Virus record (IMG/VR): IMGVR_UViG_3300031910_000005
Span: 211 to 64,210 of that record
Strand: one strand, 5' to 3'
DNA from: a virus
DNA: 64,000 nt
The translations under genes were made by a program, and so were the position numbers. Shown in pieces: positions 9,602-18,441 of the stretch. Position 1 is the stretch's first letter, and each line of letters opens with the position of its first letter. A model generated the notes under the pieces. The model was not told where the DNA came from. It saw nothing but the letters and a program-made list of their open reading frames with translations, and searched no databases.

Positions 9602-11526
9602 GGCACCACCGCGTGCTGCGGTTCGAGCTGTCCGCTGAGACGACGATCAGCCGACCCTGCGATGTCGCGCGCGAACGCGACCGCGATGCGATCCGGGTCG
9701 TATCCCTCCGTGAACTTCTGCGTGATGTCGAAGCGCGAGTAGCGGAAGTCCTGCACCGTGTGCGCGCCCCCTCGCGCCTGCGGCGTGGCGTGCGCTGCAT
9801 TCCGCATCGCGTGTCGTGCGGTCGCGGTGATCGCGTTGCCGAATGAGTCGACCATCTGATGGAAGCCGCGCGAGGCGTCGCCCATCCCGCCGAGCTCGGT
9901 TGTGTCTGACGGCTTCGCTTCGCGGTTCACGGAACGGTTGCGACCCGAGAGCGCCTGCTCGATCGACGTCGCCTGATTGTTGAGCAGTCGGTCGTGCGCC
10001 GAGTCCACGAGTCCGAGCGTCACCATGCTCGTCAGCGCGTCCTGCACGGCGGTGCTGACGGTCTCGCCCGACACACGCCCGCCGGTCGCGCGCGAGATCC
10101 AGTCGCCGAGGCGCGACACCCACGTGTCCAGGTTCAGCACGACCGAGGACACGGCGCTCGCGAGACCGCCGAGCGCCTGCCCTGCGAGCGAAAACGCAGG
10201 GGACAGCGCGCCGCCCACGATCGAGGCGAGTGCGCCGAAGCGCTCCCCGATTGGCCCGACGACTGTCTGCACCGTGTCCGTGAGCCCCTGCAGCGCAGGC
10301 ATGGCAGCGGCGATACCCTGTTGCAGCCCCTGCCCGAGCGACTCCACGCCCGACATGACGCCCGGGAGCGCGTTCGCGACCATCGAAGCGAACGAGGTCG
10401 AGAGCTGCTCGCTCATCGACCAGAGCGGCCGCAGCGAGTCCATGAGCCCTGAGCCGACCGTCGTCATGCGGTCGAAGATCCCGACGAGCTCCTCGGTGTG
10501 ATCGCGGAGCAGCGCAGTCACACTGCTCACCAGCATGCCGCCGCCCGGTCCGAGCGCGACGCGCCCTGCGACTGCCGCCATCGAGCCGAGGTGCTGCGAG
10601 GCGAAGCCTGCGACGCGACCTGCGCCCTCGCGCATGGACTCGAAGCGGCTGTGCAGCTCGCCCGCCATGTGCACCGCGCGGTTGAACCCACCGACGATCT
10701 GCTCGCTGATGTTGCGGCCGATGTCCTGGATGCGCTCCTGGTTCTGACCGAGCAGGTCGTTGATGCTGCTGAGCGCGTGCTTCGCGGCGTCGAACAGCGG
10801 TGCGGTCGCCGCGCGCGTCATCTGCGTCGCGTACTGCGAGAACGTGCCGGAGATCGCGTCCCACGTGTCGCCCATGCGATCGAGGAGCGGCTGGTAGGAA
10901 CGCATGAAGGCGAGCAGGTGCTCGTGCCGTTGCTGCACGTTCATGTGATTGAACGCTTCGGCCGAGATGTGCTGCTGCCCTGCGATCGTCTGCCAGAGAC
11001 GGACCTCCGCACCCGCGTGCCCTTGCAGGATGCGCATGAGGTCCATGCCTGCCTGCTGCGCGTCCTCCTGGTTCGACGCGGCGATGGCAGTCATGTGATT
11101 CGTGAAGTTCGCGATCTCGTCCATCGACCCGAACCCGGCGTTCATCGCTGCGGGCAGGGCGGTACGGAACGCTGCGATGTAGTCCTCGGCGGAGCCGGGG
11201 AGCGCGGCCGCGTCGCGGTTGATCTGATCCATCAGGCGCGCGGACTCGGACATGCCCTCCTCGAACGACCCGACGGCGCCCATCGACACCATCGTTCCGA
11301 CGATCGAGTTCCGCATGCCCTCGGCCGCGGACTGCATCTCCATCATGCTGCGCGCCGCCATGCCGACGCCGGCGACGCTGAGCATGGCGGTGAGCGGAGC
11401 CGCGAGCCCGCTGAGGGAGCGAGCAGCGTTCTGCGCCGCGCCCGCCATGCTCCCCAGTGCACGCTGCGCCGACGCGATGCCGCCGACCTTGAACAGGGTC
11501 TCTACTGTCCTGGTCACGTCAGCCAT
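9598..11526 (-). CDS. Tape measure protein
   Basis: 642 aa Ala/Gly/Met-rich helical protein after tail chaperone genes. Confidence 0.85.
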   Translation of the reverse strand: MADVTRTVETLFKVGGIASAQRALGSMAGAAQNAARSLSGLAAPLTAMLSVAGVGMAARSMMEMQSAAEGMRNSIVGTMVSMGAVGSFEEGMSESARLMDQINRDAAALPGSAEDYIAAFRTALPAAMNAGFGSMDEIANFTNHMTAIAASNQEDAQQAGMDLMRILQGHAGAEVRLWQTIAGQQHISAEAFNHMNVQQRHEHLLAFMRSYQPLLDRMGDTWDAISGTFSQYATQMTRAATAPLFDAAKHALSSINDLLGQNQERIQDIGRNISEQIVGGFNRAVHMAGELHSRFESMREGAGRVAGFASQHLGSMAAVAGRVALGPGGGMLVSSVTALLRDHTEELVGIFDRMTTVGSGLMDSLRPLWSMSEQLSTSFASMVANALPGVMSGVESLGQGLQQGIAAAMPALQGLTDTVQTVVGPIGERFGALASIVGGALSPAFSLAGQALGGLASAVSSVVLNLDTWVSRLGDWISRATGGRVSGETVSTAVQDALTSMVTLGLVDSAHDRLLNNQATSIEQALSGRNRSVNREAKPSDTTELGGMGDASRGFHQMVDSFGNAITATARHAMRNAAHATPQARGGAHTVQDFRYSRFDITQKFTEGYDPDRIAVAFARDIAGSADRRLSGQLEPQHAVVP

Positions 11527-11766
11527 CAGTCAGGGTCCTCCCGTTCGGTCCTTCGGAGATGAGGATGCGCGCGATGGCGTCGTTGAACTTCCGCAGTTCG
11601 ACGATCGTGAGAGCCCGCCCCAGGGTCATCTGGGGCGGTGTGCTCCCGTAGCGCGCTGCGTATGCGATCGCGTCCCAGAGACCGTCCTCGACATCCCGCA
11701 GCTCGTCGCGGACGGTGGCGATGGCTACGAAACCTAGACCTGGATCTCGCAGCTCTCGAGAAAACC
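11519..11766 (-). CDS. Tail assembly chaperone C-terminal extension (probable -1 frameshift product)
   Basis: Open -1 frame after GGT TTT C giving ...GFVAIATVRDELRDVEDGLWDAIAYAARYG...; no own RBS/start evident. Confidence 0.55.
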
Positions 11767-12162
11767 GACGGCTTCCTCGTCCTTCGCGACGTGGTGCTTG
11801 GTGTACGCACGCACGATGAGGTCCCGCATGATCGGGTCCATCTTCGCCCACTCACGCTCGGCGGTGCCGTTGAACGTGCTGACGACCATCTTCGAGCTGC
11901 CGCGCTCGATGAGTCGCAGCGATTCCTTCGCGAGCTCCTGATGGAGCGCGACCGCGCTGCCGTTGACCGCTGCGGTGCGATCGACGGCGAGCATCTGCTC
12001 TCCGGGCAGGAGCTTCACGATGCCGATCTTCGTGATGCCGTCCGCGATGGACACGAGGCCCTTCGGGATGGAGTGCACGTACATCGGACGGCTCTCGGCC
12101 GCCGGCGCTGCGGGGTTGTTGGACTGCGCTGCGAGTTCGGGATTGAGGATCGTCGTCGACAT
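11734..12162 (-). CDS. Tail assembly chaperone
   Basis: 142 aa between tube and tape measure genes. Confidence 0.75.
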   Translation of the reverse strand: MSTTILNPELAAQSNNPAAPAAESRPMYVHSIPKGLVSIADGITKIGIVKLLPGEQMLAVDRTAAVNGSAVALHQELAKESLRLIERGSSKMVVSTFNGTAEREWAKMDPIMRDLIVRAYTKHHVAKDEEAVGFLESCEIQV

Positions 12163-12163
12163 C

Positions 12164-12592
12164 TCAGATCACCTGCGCGTCCATGGCTTCCCACGGGAAC
12201 TTGATCGTGCCGAAGTCCGAGCGCGATCCGAAGTTCATCGGGATCTCACCGGCCGAGATGTCGGGAACGACGACGCGAGCCTTCGTCCCGCCACCGAAGT
12301 TGATCGTGGCCTTGGTGTTGATCTGCACACCTGGCTCGCGACGGCGCGCCTTGTTGATGAACGCAGTGACGATGTTGAAGATCGCCTTGTTCTCGAAGTG
12401 GAACTCCTGCGATCCCGAGACGCCGCGGTAGATCGAGTCGCGACGGTCGCTCGTCTCGCCGAGGTAGCCTTCCTTCTGGATCTCGAGCTGCCAGCCCATC
12501 TCGAACGAGCGCACATCGGTCGTCGCGATCTGCGGCACGTTGTCGACAGCGAACAGGGTCTCGACTTCCTGCCCACGTACGCGGTTTGCCAT
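12164..12592 (-). CDS. Tail tube protein
   Basis: 142 aa beta-rich protein immediately after sheath. Confidence 0.8.
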   Translation of the reverse strand: MANRVRGQEVETLFAVDNVPQIATTDVRSFEMGWQLEIQKEGYLGETSDRRDSIYRGVSGSQEFHFENKAIFNIVTAFINKARRREPGVQINTKATINFGGGTKARVVVPDISAGEIPMNFGSRSDFGTIKFPWEAMDAQVI

Positions 12593-12609
12593 GACGGTCT
12601 CTCCGGGTT

Positions 12610-12652
12610 GAAAAGGAAAAGGCCAGGAGGGCCTTGCGGCTGTCTCCCGGCC
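12610..12652 (-). terminator. Intrinsic terminator-like hairpin between sheath and tube genes
   Basis: GGCCGGGAG/CTCCTGGCC stem with inner GCC-GCAA-GGC hairpin followed by TTTTCCTTTT. Confidence 0.55.
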
Positions 12653-12739
12653 CTATCCGCCCTCGCAAGGGCGTGTGGTCGGCGTTGGGTCCGTATCCCA
12701 GCGAAGCGATGATACCGCCCCCTACGGGGAGCGCAAGGG

Positions 12740-14788
12740 CTACCGGCGGTTCGTGATGACGACGCCGGCGCCGATGCTCGTCTGAAGGACGAAGTTCTTC
12801 TGCGACTGGAGCAGCGTGACCTGGACCACGAAGACCGTGATGCCGGCCGCTGTGAGGTCCGCCGTCTGCGCGCTCGTCGGATCGACCGCGTAGTCCACGA
12901 TGCGCTGCTGGGCCGGGTTGTTCGGCGACTTCAGCCCTTCGAGGAACGCGACGATCTCGCCGAACTCGGTCTCGATGAGCTGCGTCGTCTGATTGAGCTT
13001 CGAGTACGGCTTCATCGCGATCGCGATGCTGTCCTCGATGTAGTCGGCCATGCGGTCGCCCGCGATGTCGACTTCGCTCGAGACGAGGGACGTGGTGACG
13101 CCCGACTCGATCTCCGGCTGGTTCGTTCCCGGGTCGATGAACAGCGCGGCCACACCCGCTGCCTTCAGCGCGATGTAGTCGTTCATCTGCAGGTCGGGGA
13201 TGCCGCGACCGTAACCCGTGACCGAAGCGAGCAGCGTCGGCACCGGCGGTGCCGTCTGGCCCGGGTTGTTCTCGGGCGGCAGGTTGGACTCGAGCGACGC
13301 GAGCCACTCGTCGAACGGCGTGTCGAGCGTGCCGTCGAGCACCGTGCTGCCGTCCGCGCCGGTGAGCGCGAAGCCGACCGCCTCGGGGATCGTCGTGGTG
13401 CAGTAGGGCCACGAGTAGTCGATGTGCTCGCTGCGGTTCGCGCCGACGCCAGGCTCGGTGTTCACGATGACCGAGCTCGTCGCCTGCACACCGAGATCCG
13501 GCGCGCAGATACCGCGGCGCGTGAGACCGGCCGCGCGTGCTGCGAGCACGTGCGCCTTGATCTTCTCGCGGATCGTGGCGCGCTTGCGCGACGCGAGCAC
13601 GATCTTGATGCCGTTCGCCGGTGCCTTCTGCGAGAGCATCGCGTCGATCGCCGCCGTGTAGCGCGCGTCGAGCTGTGCGGTGCCGGCGCCGTTGTTCACA
13701 TGGATGTTCGCGTCGTAGACGACGGAGTGGTTGCCAGCACCGTCACCGGTCGTCGGCGAGGTCATGCCCGTCAGGCCCGACAGCGGGTCCCACGCCGTGG
13801 CCGTGTCCGTCGACGGCACGACCGAGGGCGTGAGCGACGTGCTGATCGCGATGCTCGCGTCGATCGGGCGCACAGGCACGCTGAACCCGGACGCGGTTGC
13901 GATGGCGACGTGCTGCGAGCTGACCGCGCCCGCAGTGTCCGCCGTCGCTGCAACGTGGATGCGGTACGGCAGGTTGGTCGTCGGCGAGTTCGTCCAGTTG
14001 AAGTTCGAGCCGTCGAGCATCTCGAGTTCGAGGTGCGTGGCGTCGGTGACTGCCTGCACGCGGTAGGTGCCTGCGTTCGAGCCGAGCCCCAGCGCACCGC
14101 CGATGACGCCGAGGACGACGATGTCACCGACCTTCACGCCGTTCGCGATGAAGTTGCCGCCAGCCGACAGGAAGGTCTGGTGTGCAGCCGGACCACCGCC
14201 TGCCGTCACGCTGCCATCGACACCGGAGAGGTACGCCGCCTGCCCGCCGAATGAGAACGCGGACGCAACGCGCACGCGATGCCCGCCACCGTCGACGAAC
14301 TGGCGACCTGCGGCGACCGTCGCAGCCTGCACCGGGACGATGGGCTGGGGGATCGTCGCGCTCTGGTTGGTCGGGAGGTGACGCCAGAAGCGCACGCCGT
14401 ACGACGACTGCCCTGCAGTCGCGGGCGTGATGTTGTCGACCGGCACGCACACCAGGCCAGCGAACGCCTTGTTGCGGAGCGAGACGAAGCCGTTGCCCAT
14501 CTCGCCGCCGAAGTTGCCGAGCAGCTCGTCGAAGCCTCCGAGCTTGTTCTGCACGTCCTGCGGCACGATGATCTGCACCGCGCGCGGGTTCGAGCTGATC
14601 TGCCCCGTCGTCGCGCTCACCTTCACCGCGTACGTGGCGTCGGCGAACTCGCCGGCGAGTCCGACGGTGCCCTGCTGGACACCGTTGATCGGCGACGGCG
14701 GCGGGAGCCGAACGATGACCGGCCCCTCGATCTGCGAGATCACATCGTTGCCCGGGTAGTACCCGTCGTAGCGTCGCACGAAAGACAT
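12740..14788 (-). CDS. Contractile tail sheath protein
   Basis: 682 aa; N-terminal YPG..VI..IE, C-terminal RMADYIEDSI...EIVAFLEGL...FVVQVTL typical of sheath. Confidence 0.9.
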   Translation of the reverse strand: MSFVRRYDGYYPGNDVISQIEGPVIVRLPPPSPINGVQQGTVGLAGEFADATYAVKVSATTGQISSNPRAVQIIVPQDVQNKLGGFDELLGNFGGEMGNGFVSLRNKAFAGLVCVPVDNITPATAGQSSYGVRFWRHLPTNQSATIPQPIVPVQAATVAAGRQFVDGGGHRVRVASAFSFGGQAAYLSGVDGSVTAGGGPAAHQTFLSAGGNFIANGVKVGDIVVLGVIGGALGLGSNAGTYRVQAVTDATHLELEMLDGSNFNWTNSPTTNLPYRIHVAATADTAGAVSSQHVAIATASGFSVPVRPIDASIAISTSLTPSVVPSTDTATAWDPLSGLTGMTSPTTGDGAGNHSVVYDANIHVNNGAGTAQLDARYTAAIDAMLSQKAPANGIKIVLASRKRATIREKIKAHVLAARAAGLTRRGICAPDLGVQATSSVIVNTEPGVGANRSEHIDYSWPYCTTTIPEAVGFALTGADGSTVLDGTLDTPFDEWLASLESNLPPENNPGQTAPPVPTLLASVTGYGRGIPDLQMNDYIALKAAGVAALFIDPGTNQPEIESGVTTSLVSSEVDIAGDRMADYIEDSIAIAMKPYSKLNQTTQLIETEFGEIVAFLEGLKSPNNPAQQRIVDYAVDPTSAQTADLTAAGITVFVVQVTLLQSQKNFVLQTSIGAGVVITNRR

Positions 14789-14792
14789 CGCT

Positions 14793-15515
14793 CTACTCCT
14801 GCGTGGTGTTCACTCCGCGATGGCTCGCGGGAGTGCTTGAACTGTTGAACGACATAGGCACTCGCGTCTGCATACGAACGCCCGGACCCAGCACGCGCAC
14901 CAAGGGCACGCGGCCCGTGAGCACGAAGACAGCCTTCCGATACCGACGCTTCGCGTCTTCTTCGGAATCAAGATAGCTCATTCCGAGCACATTGAATTCC
15001 GCAATCTGCCCGTGATAGTGCGGCAAATAAAGGCGGAAGCCGTAGAGCCACTCCACGGGATTGAATGCGTCCTCGAGCATGCCGACGACGGCCATGCGCT
15101 GCCCGGGATCCTGGCACCACAGCTCCACGGTGATCTGGAGCACGCACTCGTTGGGCAGGATGTACTGGGTGTTGGTCGCCCCGTCGGTGCGCGTCGTGGG
15201 CGTCATCGGCGACTCTTCGTCGCCGCCGTAGCTCATCGTGTCCATCGAGTACACCGCGGCAGAGGGGAACGCGAGACGCTCCTCCGCTTCGGCCCAGGTG
15301 TCGGTGACGTGCTTGAAGCGCTCGCTGCGCCCGCCGTCCCAGTCGATCGAGAGCTGCTCGATGTACTCCTGCAGACCGCGTGTCATCGCCGTGCGTGCGT
15401 CGGTCTCGCGCACGAGCGTGAACTCCGGTCCCGGCAGCGGCGCTTCGGGGCTCGTGATGAGCACGGTGCCACCGGGAGGCGGCGGTGCTTCGTTCGGGTC
15501 GCGCGTGTAGCTCAT
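14793..15515 (-). CDS. Tail terminator/completion protein
   Basis: 240 aa upstream of sheath; LAFPSAAV...LQITVELWC pattern. Confidence 0.6.
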   Translation of the reverse strand: MSYTRDPNEAPPPPGGTVLITSPEAPLPGPEFTLVRETDARTAMTRGLQEYIEQLSIDWDGGRSERFKHVTDTWAEAEERLAFPSAAVYSMDTMSYGGDEESPMTPTTRTDGATNTQYILPNECVLQITVELWCQDPGQRMAVVGMLEDAFNPVEWLYGFRLYLPHYHGQIAEFNVLGMSYLDSEEDAKRRYRKAVFVLTGRVPLVRVLGPGVRMQTRVPMSFNSSSTPASHRGVNTTQE

Positions 15516-16048
15516 CGCCCCGCGCTCTCCGAGAGGACCTTGTCCAACTCCTTCTCGAACTCCTCGACGAAGAAGTCGGCCATCTTCCGCATCGCTTCCG
15601 GTGCGGTCATCACGTAGCGCCCCACGAGGCCGCGACGCGCAATCGCTCGAGCGATCGGGTATGCGGCAGCGCGTGCGTCCTTCTCGTCCAGCCCGAGCCG
15701 GCGCTGCGCCCAGCGTGCGATCGCCTCACGCGGGGGCACCTTGCCGGTGCGGCGACCGAGCTCGATCACGCCCGCGTACTTCGACGAGTTGTAGACCGAC
15801 GCGCCCTGTGGCGACTGCCCCGTGCGCCACGCGCGCAGGTACGCACCGGTGTTGACTGCGCCGCCCGAGCCGATGCCCGAAGGGTTCGCCGGCATCGCGG
15901 TGCGGGTGCGTTGCTGCATGTACGCGACAGAGCGCATGGCGGCGGAGAGGGACGCGCGGCGCAGCACGAGGTTGAGGCGCGAGCCGAGCTTCTTCTCCAG
16001 CTTGCCGAGGTCGCCGAGGTTGACCGTGATCGCGACGGGGCCAGCCAT
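15512..16048 (-). CDS. Neck/tail completion protein (HK97 gp10-like)
   Basis: 178 aa from MAGPVAIT; VNTGAYLRAW and YAGVIELGRR motifs. Confidence 0.75.
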   Translation of the reverse strand: MAGPVAITVNLGDLGKLEKKLGSRLNLVLRRASLSAAMRSVAYMQQRTRTAMPANPSGIGSGGAVNTGAYLRAWRTGQSPQGASVYNSSKYAGVIELGRRTGKVPPREAIARWAQRRLGLDEKDARAAAYPIARAIARRGLVGRYVMTAPEAMRKMADFFVEEFEKELDKVLSESAGR

Positions 16049-16596
16049 CAGTCGCTCCCCGGCGTCCCGGTGACGCGATCGCGCTCCTCGCCTGCCTTCA
16101 TCAGCGCCACCGACCACCCGAAGCGGGTCGGGTTGTAGTTCGGCACGCCGCTCACCGTGTACCGACGCTGCACCGCCATCTGCGGCAGCGGACGCGGGAA
16201 GGTGATCTCCCAGTAGAAGTTCTCGTCGCTCGGAATCGGCTCGCCCTGCGGCCCCACGCCCACGAGCTGGTCCTCCGTGTACGCCGGCGAGATGTCGGTC
16301 ACACGGATGGTGCCGACTTCGTCGAGACCTGCGGACTGGAGCACCTGGTTCATCGAGTCAAGCGCCTGCACCTTCGGCGTCGGCAGGATCGGCGTCACCG
16401 AGACGACCTCTTCGGTGCCGTGGTTGCGGCGGCCACCGCTCCAGCGCGTGCGCACGAGCGACACCTGGTACGGCACGCCGCCGAGCCGCGTCCTCAGGTC
16501 GCGGATCCTGTCGGCTACGGGCGTGAGCTTCTGCACCAGCGTGTTCGCGTACTGGTCCCCGGTGAGGTTCGTGAATGGTGCGCGCGGCTTGGTCAC
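16048..16596 (-). CDS. Head closure / head-tail adaptor
   Basis: 182 aa in neck position. Confidence 0.55.
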   Translation of the reverse strand: MTKPRAPFTNLTGDQYANTLVQKLTPVADRIRDLRTRLGGVPYQVSLVRTRWSGGRRNHGTEEVVSVTPILPTPKVQALDSMNQVLQSAGLDEVGTIRVTDISPAYTEDQLVGVGPQGEPIPSDENFYWEITFPRPLPQMAVQRRYTVSGVPNYNPTRFGWSVALMKAGEERDRVTGTPGSD

Positions 16597-17012
16597 ATCC
16601 GCACCCGGCCGTTGCCGGCGCCGGCCCCGTTACGGAACCGCGCTGCGAACGGATAGAAGGGAACGCCGAGCGTGTCGCAGAGCAGGTTCGCGTAGAACAC
16701 GAGCTCGCGGCGCAGCAGGTCGGGGTGCGTCTCGCCGCGCTTCGCATCGCGCAACGTCATGTCGCCCATGCGTGCTGCAACGAGGAAGTCCTGGGCCTCG
16801 ACGAGCTTGCCGAAGATCAGGTTGTCGAGAATCCCGAGGATCATCTGCACGCGAGGCACAGCGATCGCCGGGACCTGGTTCATCGCCTCTTCGACAAGGA
16901 AGAGGGTCTGCATCGGAACAGCGAGACCGAATTGGAGCGAGGCGGCAGACGACGTCGAGACGTAGCCGAGATGGAACTTGACGCGGTCACGGTCCAGTGG
17001 GCTGAGCGACAC
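16593..17012 (-). CDS. Head-tail connector protein
   Basis: 139 aa helical protein (DRVKFHLGY) in neck position. Confidence 0.55.
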   Translation of the reverse strand: MSLSPLDRDRVKFHLGYVSTSSAASLQFGLAVPMQTLFLVEEAMNQVPAIAVPRVQMILGILDNLIFGKLVEAQDFLVAARMGDMTLRDAKRGETHPDLLRRELVFYANLLCDTLGVPFYPFAARFRNGAGAGNGRVRM

Positions 17013-17036
17013 GACGAATCACTACCTCCTCCAACG

Positions 17037-17399
17037 TCACTCGGGCATCGGCTGCAGGAGCACGCCCTGCGCGCGGAGCTGTTCGATGTCGTACGAATGG
17101 TTCGACACGATCTTGCCCTTGCGGAGCTGCGTCGACTGCCATCCCGCGTTGCCGATGCGAACGATCTTGTCGTTCAGCACTAGGTACTTCTGCTCCTTCA
17201 CCGCGGGAGGCGGCGGAGGTGCAGGCGGCGGGGGCAGCGACTCCGACTTCGGAGCTTCGGGCTCGGGCGGCGGTTCGGGAGCCACGGCGGACTGCGCCAT
17301 CACCGGTGTGCCGGCGGTCTCGCTCCCCATCTTCGCGAGCTCGAGCGGATCGCTGGGAGGGGTTGCGGTCGAGGGCTTCTTCGGTGCGGGTCCAGCCAT
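17037..17399 (-). CDS. Pro-rich hypothetical protein following capsid locus
   Basis: 120 aa with RBS GAAGGAAGG; low-complexity N-terminus, compact C-terminal domain. Confidence 0.7.
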   Translation of the reverse strand: MAGPAPKKPSTATPPSDPLELAKMGSETAGTPVMAQSAVAPEPPPEPEAPKSESLPPPPAPPPPPAVKEQKYLVLNDKIVRIGNAGWQSTQLRKGKIVSNHSYDIEQLRAQGVLLQPMPE

Positions 17400-17404
17400 G
17401 GCTT

Positions 17405-17880
17405 CCTTCCTTCGGACTCCTCCGCGTCTGTTCGCGCGGGGTGAAAAGGTGATGGCGGCGTCTGTGCGGATCGGTGTCTCGGTGTGACCGGCATAACCCT
17501 GCCGTGGGGAACCGAGTCTTGGTCTGCGCGTCTGCCAGGTCCGTGAAACTTGCGAGAGTCACTGCAACCCTTGAAGTGGTACGAGCGCCGAAGCGCTGAC
17601 TACTTCACGCCATCGGAGACAGGGAGCGGTTCCATGGTCAATGACCAGGGTTTGCTCCCGAACAGGGTGGAGGATCGAACGCAGGAGACCAGTCCTGCAC
17701 GGATCACAGCACCCAAGGGACGACCGACCATTGGCACGGTCCGGCCCCGAAGGGACAGACACAGGTCGGGTGAGTGCCGAGCTGCCTTGCCGGGCGTGCT
17801 CGAAAGAAGAACCGAAGGTTCTTCGCACTCGAAGGTGGGCCCGAAGGCCCACACACCTTGCCGGCGCTACGCGCCGGTTG
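17405..17880 (-). ncRNA. Large highly structured RNA element of unknown class
   Basis: Four UUCG-capped stems (17835-17852, 17806-17824, about 17744-17756, 17584-17597), nested three-way junctions, long-range helix GATGGCG/CGCCATC (17608-17614 with 17451-17457); about 300 nt has no credible ORF. Confidence 0.7.
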
Positions 17881-18414
17881 AACGTACACCGCCTCCTGCG
17901 GTTTGAGCTGCGCCCGCTTTCGCTGCGCGGTCCGTATTGCATGGCAGTTCGCGCAGACAAGATCGCACTTGGCGATCTCCGCGAGAACGCGCGCATGCGT
18001 CGACCGTGCCCGCATGCTGATGTTGAACGACTTCATTTCGCCAGGCCGATGATCGAACTGCATGCACTCCGACGGAAACGTTCCGCCGCAATCCATGCAC
18101 GGCTTCGCTTTCTGCTCGGCAAGCCACGCAGCCTTTTGGCGCATGTGCTTGCGCGAACGTACACGCGCGGGCGAGTCCGGGTGTGCCTCGGCGCGTGCGT
18201 TTTGCTGCGCGCGCACCTTGGAGCGATAGTCCGGGTCGGCCATCTTCCTGACCGTCCACTCGCGCATGTAGGCGTTGTATCGCAGCCGCTGATGGTAGTC
18301 CGTGAGGGACTCCCCTAGCTTCTGCGGTGACGCCGGGGCAGTGAGTGGTTGCGGACATCGTGTGTACCCGTGGTCTCCGTTACAGATCTTGCAGCCCATG
18401 CGCTGAGCTACCAT
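17704..18414 (-). CDS. HNH endonuclease with N-terminal CCHC Zn-knuckle-like motif
   Basis: PCMDCGG...MQFDHRPG...IAKCDLVCANCHAIRT; N-terminal CKICNGDHGYTRC; start could be 18399. Confidence 0.85.
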   Translation of the reverse strand: MVAQRMGCKICNGDHGYTRCPQPLTAPASPQKLGESLTDYHQRLRYNAYMREWTVRKMADPDYRSKVRAQQNARAEAHPDSPARVRSRKHMRQKAAWLAEQKAKPCMDCGGTFPSECMQFDHRPGEMKSFNISMRARSTHARVLAEIAKCDLVCANCHAIRTAQRKRAQLKPQEAVYVQPARSAGKVCGPSGPPSSAKNLRFFFRARPARQLGTHPTCVCPFGAGPCQWSVVPWVL

Positions 18415-18435
18415 GCCCAGCGCACAGACTACAAG
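18388..18435 (-). promoter_or_regulatory. 21-bp RNA hairpin sequestering HNH start codons
   Basis: CTTGTAGTCTGTGCGCTGGGC-ATGGTA-GCTCAGCGCATGGGCTGCAAG pairs fully with five G-U wobbles on the sense strand. Confidence 0.75.
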
Positions 18436-18441
18436 CGTTCG

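Noticed and set aside
17410-17570. Alternative group I P7 pairing GTGACTC/GAGTCC
   Set aside because: Leaves no room for J8/7 or P9 and conflicts with the other helices; kept only as part of the unresolved RNA finding
17540-17680. tRNA or tRNA-Sec suggested by GTTCGATCC and CTTCAAG
   Set aside because: No T-stem pairing around the loop and no acceptor stem; cloverleaf cannot be built
18415-18426. GTGCGCTGGGCATGG resembles a group II intron 5' end
   Set aside because: No domain V catalytic triad hairpin, no bulged-A domain VI and no RT/maturase found downstream
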